Notes under the pieces: generated by a model
Database searches by the model: none
Told to the model about the DNA's origin: nothing
The model's input: only the letters and a program-made list of their open reading frames with translations
Program-made: the position numbers and the translations under genes
Part shown: positions 15,395 to 29,668 of the stretch, piece by piece
Layout of the letters: every line of letters begins with the position of its first letter
How positions within the stretch are numbered: position 1 is the stretch's first letter
Source of the DNA: Chrysomallon squamiferum
Lineage: Eukaryota; Animalia; Mollusca
Length of the DNA stretch: 64,000 bases
Reading direction: 5' to 3'
Assembly: GCA_012295275.1 (NCBI GenBank)
Contig: CM022670.1
Coordinates: 4,526,001-4,590,000 of the forward strand

Positions 15395-15460
<66 letters not shown>
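15394..15460. repeat. (AAT)n(ATT)n palindromic microsatellite
   Basis: AAT run directly joined to an ATT run through AATATT at 15417-15422. Confidence 0.97.
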
Positions 15461-15461
<1 letters not shown>

Positions 15462-15831
15462 TTAACTTTTATGTAACGTAAATCGTTTCTGTTTACTTTA
15501 TATTGCAATGTTGTTTGAATGTAGAATAATAAATCACCTGTGTTATTTTTGGACCAGATGGAAATAAAAGCGCTTTAAGCTGATACGTTACTCTCTAACC
15601 GTCTTCATTTAGTTTATTATTGTTATTTATTTATTGTATAATTTCTGTTTTGTTAACTGTACACTGCAGTGCTAGTGTTTGAACATCTGGAAACGAACGC
15701 CATATGTCACGTTTAGTTGTCACGTGCATACGATAAACATACGAGCGTGTGAAAACTGATTTTAATTATTAATATTTCTGTAACTGTTTTCATTTAGCTT
15801 ATTATGTCATTTTAATTCTGTCTTAGTTTTT

Positions 15832-15899
15832 GTTTGTTTGTTTGTTTGTTTATTTATTTATTTATTTATTTATTTTATTTTATTTATTATTCAGTCATT

Positions 15900-15995
<96 letters not shown>
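15832..15995. repeat. (TTTG)(TTTA)n(ATT)n compound microsatellite
   Basis: Direct reading. Confidence 0.95.
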
Positions 15996-16659
15996 TTGTT
16001 TAATTCCATATACTAATATTGCTGTTTGATCGGCGAGTATTGATTATGTCATGTAGTTGCAAGTTACGATAGAAATGATGGCGTGTGAAAAAGTTTTTTT
16101 TTTTTTTTAATTCTCTTATTTCTTTGAAGTGTTCAAACAGACGAGCTATTGAAGTTAATTCTTTCTCCCACACCTGTCGATAACCGCTAGTAAAATTTCA
16201 AGCGCTGAACTCCTCATAACACGTGTTTTAAGATTTTTTTTTTTTTTTTCCTTTACGTGTCGTTCGTGAACATATTGTGTATCGTCTGTTATGATGAACG
16301 ATATCGACTTCTTAACATCTGCTTGAAATTTCAAGTGTATCACATGGGCTGGCTTAACCGAGTATTTCGATTTCTGTTAACAACATATACGTTGTACAAA
16401 AGGGTAAAAAAAAAAAAAAAAAAAAGTGAAATGTAAATTTTTTGGATGAAATTTTGAAATGTAGTTTGATGAGAGAATATGTTCTTTGTGTTTAAAATAA
16501 ATTTAATATGTGTTTGGTGGAAATATTGAGTTTCGGTTTATTTATTTATTCGTTCATTTATTTATATATTTATGTATTCTTAAGATCATAAATTATTTTT
16601 AATGCGGTGTTTTTGTTTGATACGGAGACAGAGAGTATAATAATTATAATACTTGTTTG

Positions 16660-16666
16660 TGCGTGT

Positions 16667-16706
<40 letters not shown>

Positions 16707-16913
16707 GTATGTGTGTGTATGTATATTTGTGTGTATGTTTGTGTGTATGTTTGTGTGTATGTATGTTTATGTGTATGTATCTGTATATGTGTGTGTATGT
16801 GTGTATATATGTGTATGTGTGTGTATATATGTGTGTATGTGCATGTGTATGTGTGTGTGTATGATTATGTGAATGTGTGTGTTTATGTGTGTGTGTATGT
16901 GTGTATGTATGTA
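16660..16913. repeat. Degenerate (TG/TATG)n tract
   Basis: Direct reading. Confidence 0.95.
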
Positions 16914-17384
16914 TGGAAGATACAACATGAACTTCTGATAGAATCTCTTAGTTGCGAATCTTTGAATAAAAATTAACTTTATCCATCTCTTTAATTTTTA
17001 GGATTGGCATTTAAATCCGTTTATGGTACTACCTTTAATATTTAAAATTCCTGAGATGCGATTCGAGTACCTGTCAGAATTTAGCTTATTTACTTAACCA
17101 TTATTTCGAACTTCAGAAGTGACTGACACAAATCTTCTAAGAGGCAATGAAAGAGACACTAATACGTGTCTGGGAATAGTAGATCTGTTGGATTTATTCA
17201 AAACTATTTCTATCAGTCTGTCTGCCTGAAATAACATAACGAAGATTTCCTTTACAACGCACTCTGTACTTTAATTAATAATCAGAACATTGTACCATAT
17301 GAACGCAAGTTCATAGCCAAACTGTCAAACACTGACACATCTATGTGTGGACTGAAACAAAAGGATGTATACGCAAGATTTCTG

Positions 17385-17640
17385 GATGAAATGAAAGATG
17401 GAAGGATTGAAGGATGGAAAGATGGAAAGATGAAAGGATAGAAAGAAGGAATGATGGGAAGCTAGATGGATCGGTCAGTGGAGGGAGCGATGGACGGACG
17501 TTAGGAAGGATGAAAGGATGAACAGACGGATTGACTGTACGGAGATCAGCGATGGACGACGTGCTGTTGACTGATAAATGCATGACTGGATAGGTGGACG
17601 AATGGGATGAATGGCAGACGAATGCTTGGTTGAACGCTTT
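17385..17640. repeat. Degenerate (TGGA/AGGA)n tract
   Basis: Direct reading; similar tracts at about 20285-20475 and, inverted, at about 2445-2545 and 50480-50620. Confidence 0.8.
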
Positions 17641-18669
17641 CTAGAATGGAATCTCGCTGAAAAGAACAGTAAACTGAAGGCTCCACGTACGAGTGATTGT
17701 TTGGTTCGTTGTTTCCACGCCTGCCCGTCTTGTTTGCTTGCTTTTTTGCTTCACTGAATATTTTTTTTTTTTTTTCAGGACCTTGCACTGCCCTGACTCA
17801 CACACAAATAACAAAATCTCGATACTTTGTAATCAAGAACCATTTGTTGAAGCCAATAAAAATATAATGATACAGATTCTGATTGGGGCCGGGGTTAATG
17901 GGTTTGTCCTCTTTCGCGTACATTCCTTTGCTCAGCTTCAAATGTCTCTTCTTTTTTTTTTTTGTCCACATCTTTTTGACCATCAGACAATTCGAATCAC
18001 AATGACTGTAAAATTTACCAATAGAACGTCACTCTGAGTCATGCAAAATAATGTTTATTAATCGTGTAATCGATATTTAAGAGGTAACACTGATCATTTA
18101 CACCAGTTTAACCATAAAAATAAACACGAATACGACAGCTGTAAACATTTTTTACGCTGATCCTTAATAGCATTATATCAATAACGAGACAAGGTTACTT
18201 GATTTGACGACCGGCCGGATCCAGCACCAAATCCTATTGTAATGAATTCACTTGTTGGGTTTTACGAGTCGACACTTAACTGCCGATCTCGGCGAACGTT
18301 TGTTTCTACTCGGCTGTAAAAAATAATAATCATAATGCTGGTGTCTTTTCGAGATAACGGTTGAATGGGTTTGTTTTTCACCAAAGCGGCGATGGTGCAG
18401 TTTTGATATACACGCTTTGATGGACGCGATGTTGTTATTTTGCTAGTTTAGTTAATGTTTAATTAATAGCGTGTTAATAAACGTGTTTTATGTTTCTGTT
18501 GTTTTCACACATAGTATATATTTTCTAACTAACATTACTCTTTTGTTTCTAACTAACTAATTATTCTATATGTTCTAACTGAAATCATTGATAAACAATA
18601 CAAATTCCTTAGATTATGTGCTTCATGATAACGAATAATTAAATAAATTGGATTATCTTTCTGTTTACT

Positions 18670-18727
18670 TCTGTATCTGTATATCTATCTCTGTCTATCT
18701 ATCTACCTATCTATCTATTTACCTATC

Positions 18728-18762
<35 letters not shown>

Positions 18763-18898
18763 ATGTATTATATATGTATGTATATATGCATGTTTGTATG
18801 TATATATGTATGTATATATTTATGTATGTATGTATATGTATATGCATGTATGCATGTATGCATGTATGTATGTGTCTGTGTGTGTGTGTGTGTGTGTG
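18670..18898. repeat. (TATC)(TA)(TATG)(TG) compound tract
   Basis: Direct reading. Confidence 0.92.
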
Positions 18899-19441
18899 CA
18901 CGTTTAAACTTATGTCTTACTTTCTAGCAGTATGTCACTCAGTTTACACAATTATTTCTTTGTGTTTTCTGCTATAATCGAATTTCAGTCTCATTCTCGA
19001 AATATCTGTTCGTAACGACGAAACCTTATTTCTGCGAGTCTCCACTTTTCCAGGCTTTAGACTGATTATATCAGTCAAATGAACCATTGTCGTTATTAAC
19101 ACTTTTGTGTGATTCTGTGATAAACGGATAAAGAGTCATTTTTTAAATTCAATCCAGTGTCGGAACGGGATGTTCAGAAGTCGTAAAATCATTAAATGAT
19201 TTAGATTCAGTTGACTGCATCTTTAGATCTGCCGTAAGATCATTTCCTAAGGCTTGCAGATTTTACTTAAGTGAAGATGTTCACAGACATTAGTTGTGTT
19301 AATTTATATGTGAGCCATTGATCGTAACGGTGGAACACAAAAGTGTCATGTACCACAAAATAGAAGCATGTATATAATAGTGTATGTACTCCTAATTCGA
19401 AAATATATATGTGTTTGTATGTATCTATGTGTGTGTATTGT

Positions 19442-19554
<113 letters not shown>

Positions 19555-21530
19555 GTATGGATAGATAGATTCTAAAGAGGCATGTAAGTAGAATGGTAGA
19601 CAAATATGAATGTATTGGTATATAGATAAGTAAATATGTAGTTAGACAGTAGGTAGGTAATACGTATAATTTTGTAATTGTCTGACACTAAAGAATAAGA
19701 AGAAAACCGGGAATAATAATAAGAAAAATAGAAGACAAGTGATCTCAGTAATAAAATGAACCCACACAGACTGTTAGTCAATACCAATCTCAAGACATCT
19801 AGATAGTTTCTATAGCTACGGTATGAGATAGTTCAAGATGAAAAGACATGTCATACATACTCAAGATGAGACGATATGGGACAAAATTAATATATAAAAC
19901 AAAACAATTTCATCGTCTAAAGATCTACTGATAGCCATATACATATATATTAATGACCTGACCTTCGATTCTTTGGCAAGGATTCATGGCAATTTATTTT
20001 AATTATTTAGCTAAAGTGTTTACGCTAGATGATGATATATTGGAGTTGGGCAGTCAGTACACATAGTGAAGCCTGTGATTTACCTACAAGTTTCAGCAGA
20101 CTGACTGACTGTGACGTATCTAATGCATCTGTTTAATTTATTGTTGTTTGAAAGGGATAAAAAGGGTACCGAGTGGTAGGAAAGCAGTAAAAATATCTAC
20201 CCCTTACTTCTGTTTGAATCGTGAACACGTTGCAACAGAAAACGGATACGCATAGCATTGCTCGTCCTTGATTTTGTGTTTTATGGCTGGATAAATCGAT
20301 TCATGCATGAATGACTAAATAGATGAGTGCATGCATGCATGCATGGAAAGATGAATGAATAGATGGGTAGATTGATGGATGGTAAACGGGTGGGCGGATG
20401 GATGGTTAGGCAGATGATTGGAATTTGAATGAACGAATGGATGGATAGATGGATAAGATGAAAGGATGGATAAATACACTTACTTTTATTCATGTTTTAC
20501 GTCCTTAATCTGTTAATGAATTTCCTTCTGTCTATGATAATATCGCATGTGTGTATTTGGTGACTGTGTGTATATGTACTTTAAATTTCGCTTATTTCTT
20601 ACAGCTGTGCGATCTTGATTATATCCAACTGGTGTGAATAGTTTTCTAAAAGTATGATATATTAATATAGGCGTTATGATGACTTTCACAAATTATTTTA
20701 CTGTTAAATCATTATTTTAAATTAAACTTGATAACTAAGAGAACAGCGCAAAAAATAAATAAAAATAACAATAAATACACAAATAAAGCAAATAAATAAG
20801 TAAATAAATAAATAAATAAAAGTAAATTAAACGAAAAGTAAAATAAATTTAAAATGCTGAAGCTCGGTTTTCTTTCTGTCTCCTTGGGAACAATTTGCTC
20901 TGCAATATATCGAGAATACTTTTGGAAGAAAACAAATGATCAACAACTAATGTTGCGCATTAATAATTCACGTTGTTGAAGACAGCTGTCTGTAAACCAT
21001 TTTTGTGCTTTCATAAAACCCAATTATTCTTCACTGAATTGCCGCAGTTCGTCTGTAATTGGTTCCTCTGTACATATGTCAATACGTTCGTTCATATCCT
21101 GTACGTATGTACTGTTCAGAGCGTGAAAGTGCAGATTAAACAATATATTTCTAAATAAATATTCTAATGTAACAAAAGTTCCATTTGTTCCATGATTAAG
21201 AATAGATTATATTTTTTTCTTCTGTATGGTTTGTTTATTTATTTATTTATTATACGGATGCGATGTGTATTTGTAGATGTGATTAAAAATTAATGTGAGA
21301 TTATCAGTGTTTTTCCTAGATAATATATTTACAGCTAAACTGGTTAATTTACCTTGTTATTCAAGATATTAGTTTGCTAAACACAATTCTTTGAATCCGT
21401 CTCCAATATTAGTTTCATTTCATATATATATATATATATCTTTTCTCTTTAATCTTTCTACAAACGGTTATGTTATCAGTATCTAAATATATGCCTATCA
21501 CTCCATTTTCTATTTTTTTTATATCCCTAC

Positions 21531-21657
<127 letters not shown>

Positions 21658-22392
21658 ACACACACACACATACATTCAAACATTCACTATACTGGCAATA
21701 CTCTTTTAACGAGCTATTCTTTCTCTTTTTTATTTTCAAAAGCGGATTTTCATCAAGAACTGTCTTCTTCACTTACAACGATTGCTTTCTTAGAAGTCGT
21801 CCCCGAGGTCTTCACATCAGAATGATCCGAGATTCAGGTGTTTTCAGATTTTCTAATTAGCAACAAGCATCTTCCTAGAATTTCACATTAGATCTGATTA
21901 CCACCTGCAGAATACACACGAAACTTTAGATTGGTCTGTTTTTATGATCATTGTTCTCCGACATCTGATCTTCAGACAAGTGTATTAAATTTGTTCGTTT
22001 GCCTGAGGTATAATGCTTACAGCGTCTGGGAATCGACAATAGGGATGACATCCAGAGTGCAAACAGTAATCAGTAATTGTCAACCAGATGAATTAAAATT
22101 GTTTTACTTCTGTTACAAATATCCACGGTATAAAAAAAAAAAAAAAAAAAATAAAAAAATAAAAATAAAAAGAAAAAGCTATCACATTTCTCAAGAATGA
22201 ATGTATTAATTATTCACGAAGATTTCAATGTTGTGAGATTTCTTGTAGAGAAACCAAGCTGTGTGCAAATTGAAAATTTCGTGATATAAAGCATTTTTGT
22301 TAGTGAAATTACTTTTCTGGGTTTCTGTTTCGATTGCCTTGACTTAGAGCTGTTGTTTGTAGAGAAAACGTGTCCTTTAAACGAATTATAAT

Positions 22393-22564
22393 GCAGTGCA
22401 TGGTTAATTCATATCTGTAGCAAATAAACAAATAAAACAAGAACAGACAGACAAATAAATAAATAAATAAATAAAAAAACAGCAGTGCATGGTTAATTCA
22501 TATCTGTTGCAAATAAACAAATAAAACAAGAACAGACAGACAAATAAATAAATAAATAAAAACA
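22393..22564. repeat. Direct tandem duplication, 89 bp unit x2
   Basis: GCAGTGCATGGTTAATTCATATCTGT(A/T)GCAAATAAACAAATAAAACAAGAACAGACAGAC(AAAT)n starts at 22393 and again at 22482. Confidence 0.95.
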
Positions 22565-22814
22565 AACCTAAAAGCAAAATGATTTTATCAAACAAAACGC
22601 TTCCTTCTTAATTTAATATTATTTCACATCATAGTAATATATATATTATTATTTTATTCGAAAGGATGAACAACAGATTTCTCCCTACTTACATCAAAAA
22701 GGTTTTTGTCATTTTATCATAACATTCATTACTTTAACTATTTTTGTATTTCTTTTCTTTTCTTTTTGTTTGACAAAGATATATGTATTTAAATAGTTTA
22801 ATGAGAAAGGAAAT

Positions 22815-22914
<100 letters not shown>

Positions 22915-23818
22915 AAGAAAAGACAAGAAAGAAAGATTTAAGAATGAGGTATAGAGCAATGAACTGATATACGAGTCTAACAGAAGGAAATAATTGTAAA
23001 GATACAAAAAAAAAAAAAAAAAAAAAAAAACATTGAACACAGAAAAAGAAATGCCAAAAATGAAGGGCAGTGACTGAATTTTAATGATATACCCGTTTTA
23101 ACAATATGTCTGAGTGCAATACACTCTCTTTTTTTCTTTTCTGCTCTGTTCTGAATAAATCTACGTACACGGATAATTACAAGCAAAGAGTACCTGGTTG
23201 ACCAGTCTCACTTTTGCTTTACAAAAGACAAAAACATACACCTGAGTAATTGTGCATTACTCACAGCACAGTTACCTGTACCGCCCTCTACGACTCGGTC
23301 AACACAACAGCAGGATAAATACCACATTTTAAACACAGAACACAAAACCGTTAAAGAAACTCCTATCACAAAGATCAAGTTCTGTGACGGAGAGCTGTGT
23401 GCCTCGAACGGAAGAAATGTGTTCTGATTATGGTCTGACACGCGCGAGATATGGCAGATCGTTTCGGAGATGGATCACCTTCGGTAGCGAGTCTTTTGTT
23501 ACAAGGTGTCGTGATCTTCGTTTCCGAAAGAGCGGAACACACACAGAGACACCCACACCCACCTCCTGTTGTCTGTGCACATTAGTTAAGTATCAGTGTC
23601 GTTCATTTGTTATCCGTGTCGATGTTTTATCTCGCTCTTAACACGGTTTTTTTTCTTCTGTGCATATTTTCATAGGCATAATTACTGAAGTCATGAGACT
23701 GTGTTCGTGATTAGTGTGTAAAGAACTTACGGAATAATTTGAAATCTCATCTTAGTAGATGACGAAGTTTCAGTTATAAATATGTGTTTTTAACTAATTT
23801 TCTCGTTTCTTTCCACCA

Positions 23819-23940
<122 letters not shown>

Positions 23941-25272
23941 TTCTGTACTGTCTTCTATCTTCGGCATGAGATATTTTCATTTTCCAATTGAAATATTATT
24001 GTTTGGGTTTAGTACTAAACATTTTTAGCAAAGAACAACAACAAAAACAAAAAAACATGTTTACTGAAATAGGAGAATATTTATTTTATTTTATATTTTA
24101 AATTTTATTTATTCTTCACATCACATTTCGACAGTACTCTGAACAGTGTGAAAACAAAGATGTTGATATTTTGTTCACGTATTTGATTTGTGCAGCTACA
24201 AGTTTACAGTTGGTTTCAGAGGGTATAACAATTCAATATCAAACTGGCACAGTCTTTTTCTAAAGAAATTAAACAAATAAATGTCATGTATCATCAAATA
24301 AAATATTATTAAATGCGCTTTAAAGTAGTAAAAATAAAATAAAATAGAAGAAAAAAAATCTAGTCAAATTACTACTGAAAGTCTTAAACAGTAATAATAA
24401 GAAGAGGAAGAAGAAGAAAAAGAATAATAATAATAAGAAGAACAAAAACAACAACCCCGACTATAACAAACAAAATCAACAGCATCAAGAACAACAACAA
24501 AAGCAGCAGAGTTTTAAAAGAGAAGCAACAGCATCACAAACAAAAACTAGAAACAAACCAAAATCAAAGCACAGAAAAAAAACAAGCCTTTAACACATAA
24601 GCCATAACATATTTTTATTTCAAGGCAAAGTTTCATCGCCAATAAAAATTACAGCAAAAACGAGAAGAAAACGGCACTGAGAGTAAAGCCTGTCATATTT
24701 GCTTAGAAAACAGTTTTCCCGTTTGTCATCCGAAGTCAAAGCGCGGTGGCGAGATTGAATATGAAACTACAATCCAAGAAGACGCGTCGGGCTGTTTAAC
24801 GAGTCCACATCACACCTGTCGTGCACACAGACACACAAATAAGAGATCGCTTCTAGCTTAGATGAGTTTTATTTGTGGAAATCGAGTAATACAGCAAATA
24901 TTTGTGGAATCGTGCATTGCTTTGTAAAAATAAAAATGATATTTTCTCAAAGAAAGACAAGGTGAAAAGAACAACAATAAGAAGGTAAATTGGTCCTCGA
25001 CTGTATTTGCATGCGTGTATTTGTATATATATATACACACACACAGAACAAAAAATTTAATGATAATTAAATATTAGGCGGTAAAACTCGTACAACGGAT
25101 GTGAAATAAAGCTTTAAATAACAAGTATTGTTTATTAGACCGAAATCTGTTTATGACTGTAAAGACTGTATAAAACACGAAAGATCTAAACAAAATCTAT
25201 ATGTGTATAAAATAATCCAGTAAATTAATTTATTATCAATTAATAAACAAATATAACATAAAAGAAATAAAT

Positions 25273-25326
<54 letters not shown>

Positions 25327-27076
25327 TCGCGTATTATTTGTTGAACAATAGTTACTCCTTAATCCCTAAATGTTTTGCTGAGTATATTAAAACATGATTA
25401 GCAGCTAACATCACTGAACGATAACAAAATATCTACGTTGTCAGGATGTTTCTGTAGAATGACTCAAGCAGTAAAACAGGTACGCTAGCACTCTGTGTGA
25501 AATATAAACGAATGGAAATAAGGCTGTATCAGCATGAAAGAAGGAATGTAATAATTCTTCTCGAAAGTAATCAAGATTATCCGAATGTGTTATTACGTTT
25601 TTATTACAAAAAAGAAGACATAACCTATATATGTTGTTATTTGCTTAAAGAAAACATGGATGGAAGTGATTAAGCTGGTTTTGTCACGCTGACATTATGT
25701 TTTAATAATAATGTGACGTCTGTGGTATGTATTGACGTACAAGCCACAGTAACAAAATGCTAGAGGTAAAAAAAATATATGTTTAATAAATGAATATTTG
25801 CTTTTTGCTAAGAATTTATTTATTTATTTATATATCAACCCTGATATTCATATTACCGTATACATTAGCACAAACAACATAATCTGTTTTTGTTTCACAT
25901 TTTGTACATAACTGATTTATCTTAATTATTTCCTATGTAAGACAGAATTACTAATAGGTACAGAATTCCATTCTTTATTATGTTAATCTGTTTAATATTT
26001 GTTTGTTACTTCCATTGTTTATTTATTTATTTATTTTCCAATTAACCTACTATGTACGCCGTTATATTTGTTTGTGTGTAACGCAATCTCGTGACCCGGA
26101 TGTTAGACTCACAGTTATTAACACTAAATCATACACGGTTACCAACATAACGGAAACTGCTACAAATTTGTTTCTATAACTGGTTCCTCGTCAGTTTCTG
26201 AGCAACGGTTCTCTCCGTTACTCACATAACAAACACCGTTAATAACGGGATACTAAATCAAAACATAACTGGAATTGTCTTCATTTCTCCAGTCTGAATT
26301 ATTAAAATAACTGCGAAGACGACAAACGGTGAACGCACTGGGATCCTTCCAGCTTGTAATACTGTCGGAGACATTTCGTTGATGGGAAATGGAAACCTTT
26401 GCAGGAGAAATTAGCTTCGTGTATTATATTCACAAAGTGCAAGTGTTGTTAATAAAGGTTCGTTTTTGTCAAACGTTCGCATCTGCTACGATTACTGGGA
26501 ACTGGATATTGTGGCAAAACTGAATGGTTTCTAGGCGTTGTTCATTAGAATAGTGATAAGTCAATATTACTTATGTTGATATTAAATCCGTTTTAGTTTT
26601 TCTAAATTTTCCTACTACTACTACTACTATCACTACTACAACTACTACTACTGCCAGATCTACTACTATTTTACTGCCTCTACTGCAGCTACTGCTACTG
26701 AACATCAGCAACTTATAGCGATGGTTGTTACAATAGTAATAAAGTAGTAGTTGTTGCTGTTGTTGCCGCTGCTGCTACTGTTATTGTTGCTGCCGCTGTT
26801 TTGTTACTGTAAAACGGTCTTGCTGATGATGGTAATAATAGTAATTCTAGGTCTAAGAACTTCACGAGAAACATAATATCAACAGAAGAACGCCACAGAT
26901 GGTAAAACCATGCAGTAGCACGACATTCCGTTCTGCTTTCCATTATACAAACAGCTTTGTTAGGCAAATTATTTCATTTCTTTTTCTTTGAAATGGCTTT
27001 CATACAGAAAGAAAGAAAAGCAAGACCAGAATATTTCACAGTCATCATACTGACAACAACTTTCCCTTATTCTCAA

Positions 27077-27135
27077 ACAGACAGACAGACAGATAGGTAG
27101 ACTAGAGAGAAACAGACATACGCATAGATAGATAC

Positions 27136-27214
<79 letters not shown>

Positions 27215-27240
27215 CAGATAGATAGATAGATGGGTGGATG
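27077..27240. repeat. (GACA)(GAAA)(GATA)n compound tract
   Basis: Direct reading. Confidence 0.93.
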
Positions 27241-28277
27241 GGTTTCTTTTAACAACAACAATCAAGATATATCAGTATCAGAGAGAAAAAAAATTTCTAA
27301 AAGGAAGCGAAATAGAAGTATGACAATCGATAAAATATAAATGCATCATCTTTTTGTTTCTCAAAAGTCGATAGCAAGCTCTCGGCATCGCCATCAAAAC
27401 CAGAAAAAAAAATTATAATTAGATCTTCTTTATGATTTCTTTTGTTGTTGTGTTTCTTTCACAACCGTCTACGATTTCAAGACGCCACTAGTATACAATA
27501 CGAGCCTGAGATAATTCGATAAACTTTATCAATGAAACATTTTGCAATACAGGTGTCTTACAATTACATATCAATTAGGTAGCAAAGCTAGATCATTTCC
27601 ACCTTTTATCGCGAAGCAATGCGCTAAAACGTGACTCGTCTCAATTCACTGGAGCTGTATCGCTGGAATGATTTTTCATTAAGTATTTATGAGAAGTTGT
27701 GAATTTTGTGTTTACATGTAAAACGATATTTTCCTAGCAGTGTATGATGAGACACTGCGGTATGTATGCATGTATTTCGTACCCGAAGTTAGGTATAATA
27801 ACATAACTTTCTCTTCTGATTATCGCAGTCGGCAACAGATGGTGCGTCTGTAGAATCGGAGGAAATAACAGGCAGAGCAAAGGAATGAAAGCACAAACAA
27901 ATGGCGTCAGAAGATTAAACAAATAATAACGTTTAGTTTTTTCAACCAACGATCGTGTAACTGCTTATTTGTTGTTTTTAGTAATTTTGTTGGTACTTAT
28001 GTTTAATGTGTTTAAGTAAATGGTTTATTTATTCTTATTTTTTGTTTTGTTATTTTGTTTTTGGTTATAATTTCTTTGAAGGTTAGTTCGTTTACTTCAC
28101 TGAGCTTTATTTGTTCATTTTTTTATTCGTTCGTTTATTTACGGTATGAAAAGGAATTTAAAAATTGTTACAAAAACAGCAAGAGCAGATGGAGAATTTC
28201 AGAATTAAAACACGAGAAACGCACATTACAATGGCCATTAAACTGAAAATTCATTTCATTGTTCATTGTTTTTCAAA

Positions 28278-28337
<60 letters not shown>

Positions 28338-29309
28338 TTAAATATATGTGCGTGTGCTTGTGTGTAATTTGTTGTCAGTATCTAACATAACCATCTTTAA
28401 TTTACTTTCTGATACTTCCCACGCATAAAGACATCATCATCAGTGTCGTCTGCCGCTTCTGTCACGTGATACGAATGTCGTCTGCTCGTTGTTGAGTTTT
28501 GTGATGGTTGATCTGTCTCTGGGTCCCCGCACAGATGGTCTCCTTCACCTCAGATCCATCATTAACGTCATCAATGATTTATGACGCCAGTCGTCTTGAT
28601 TAGTCACTCTTTGGCTCGGCACACCAACTTATAACAACTTTTCATCGCTATCAAAGACGCGGCCAAGGAATAATTTGCGTAGATTTAATTTGCGATCCGA
28701 AGGTCGTGACATATCGTTAAATATTAAAGTGATAGTGATGCGAGAGGTTGTGTTTGTATTTTTTCCTTGCTTATAATAGATGTTACTTCGCTTCAGGGTG
28801 AGGAATAGAATGCCAGCACCTTCCTCTCCTATATTTTTAATTGAACTGTATTACGCAGTTGTTGAAATTTGTTCTGTTTTCTTCTTCTTTTTTTTATCTA
28901 CTTTCAGTTTTTGCATGGATTCAAATGACACTGGTTGGAAAGGGATTTAGAAACAATGTTGTGATCAATCACTTTTCTCCGTTCTAATAAAAGTTAAAAA
29001 TCGCTGAAACTAATTTGGAGTTTAGAAAGAAAAAGTGCGTAAACATAAAAAAGAATTTAAAAATATTTTAAAAAATGCTTAAATGACTTTAATGTTATTT
29101 TGGCCAGATTAAACTAAAAGAGCAAAAAAAGGGGAAAAAAATGACATTTTATAAAACGTTTAGCTAAGAAAGTGATGTGTGTGTTTATAAATGTGTTGTC
29201 GATGCAGTGTTAAATAATGGTTCCAGTGCTGAGAAATAAATAATGTGAGAGAGAAGAGACTATATTTCCTCTTCGTCGCCATCATTTTCATTATTATTTA
29301 TTTATAGCA

Positions 29310-29340
<31 letters not shown>

Positions 29341-29403
29341 GTCTATATATCTCTCTCTGCCTTTCTGTCTCTCTCCTCTTATATATGTTTTCTCAAATGC
29401 CTT

Positions 29404-29484
29404 ACATACATACATATGCATACATACATACATACATACATACATACATACATACATACATACATACATACATACATACATACA

Positions 29485-29518
<34 letters not shown>

Positions 29519-29668
29519 CATACATACATAAATACATACATACATACATACACACACACATACATACACACACACATACATACATACATACATACATACA
29601 TACATACATACATACATACATACATACATACATACATACATACATACATACATACATACATACATACA
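29404..29668. repeat. (TACA)n microsatellite
   Basis: Near-pure tetranucleotide run. Confidence 0.99.
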
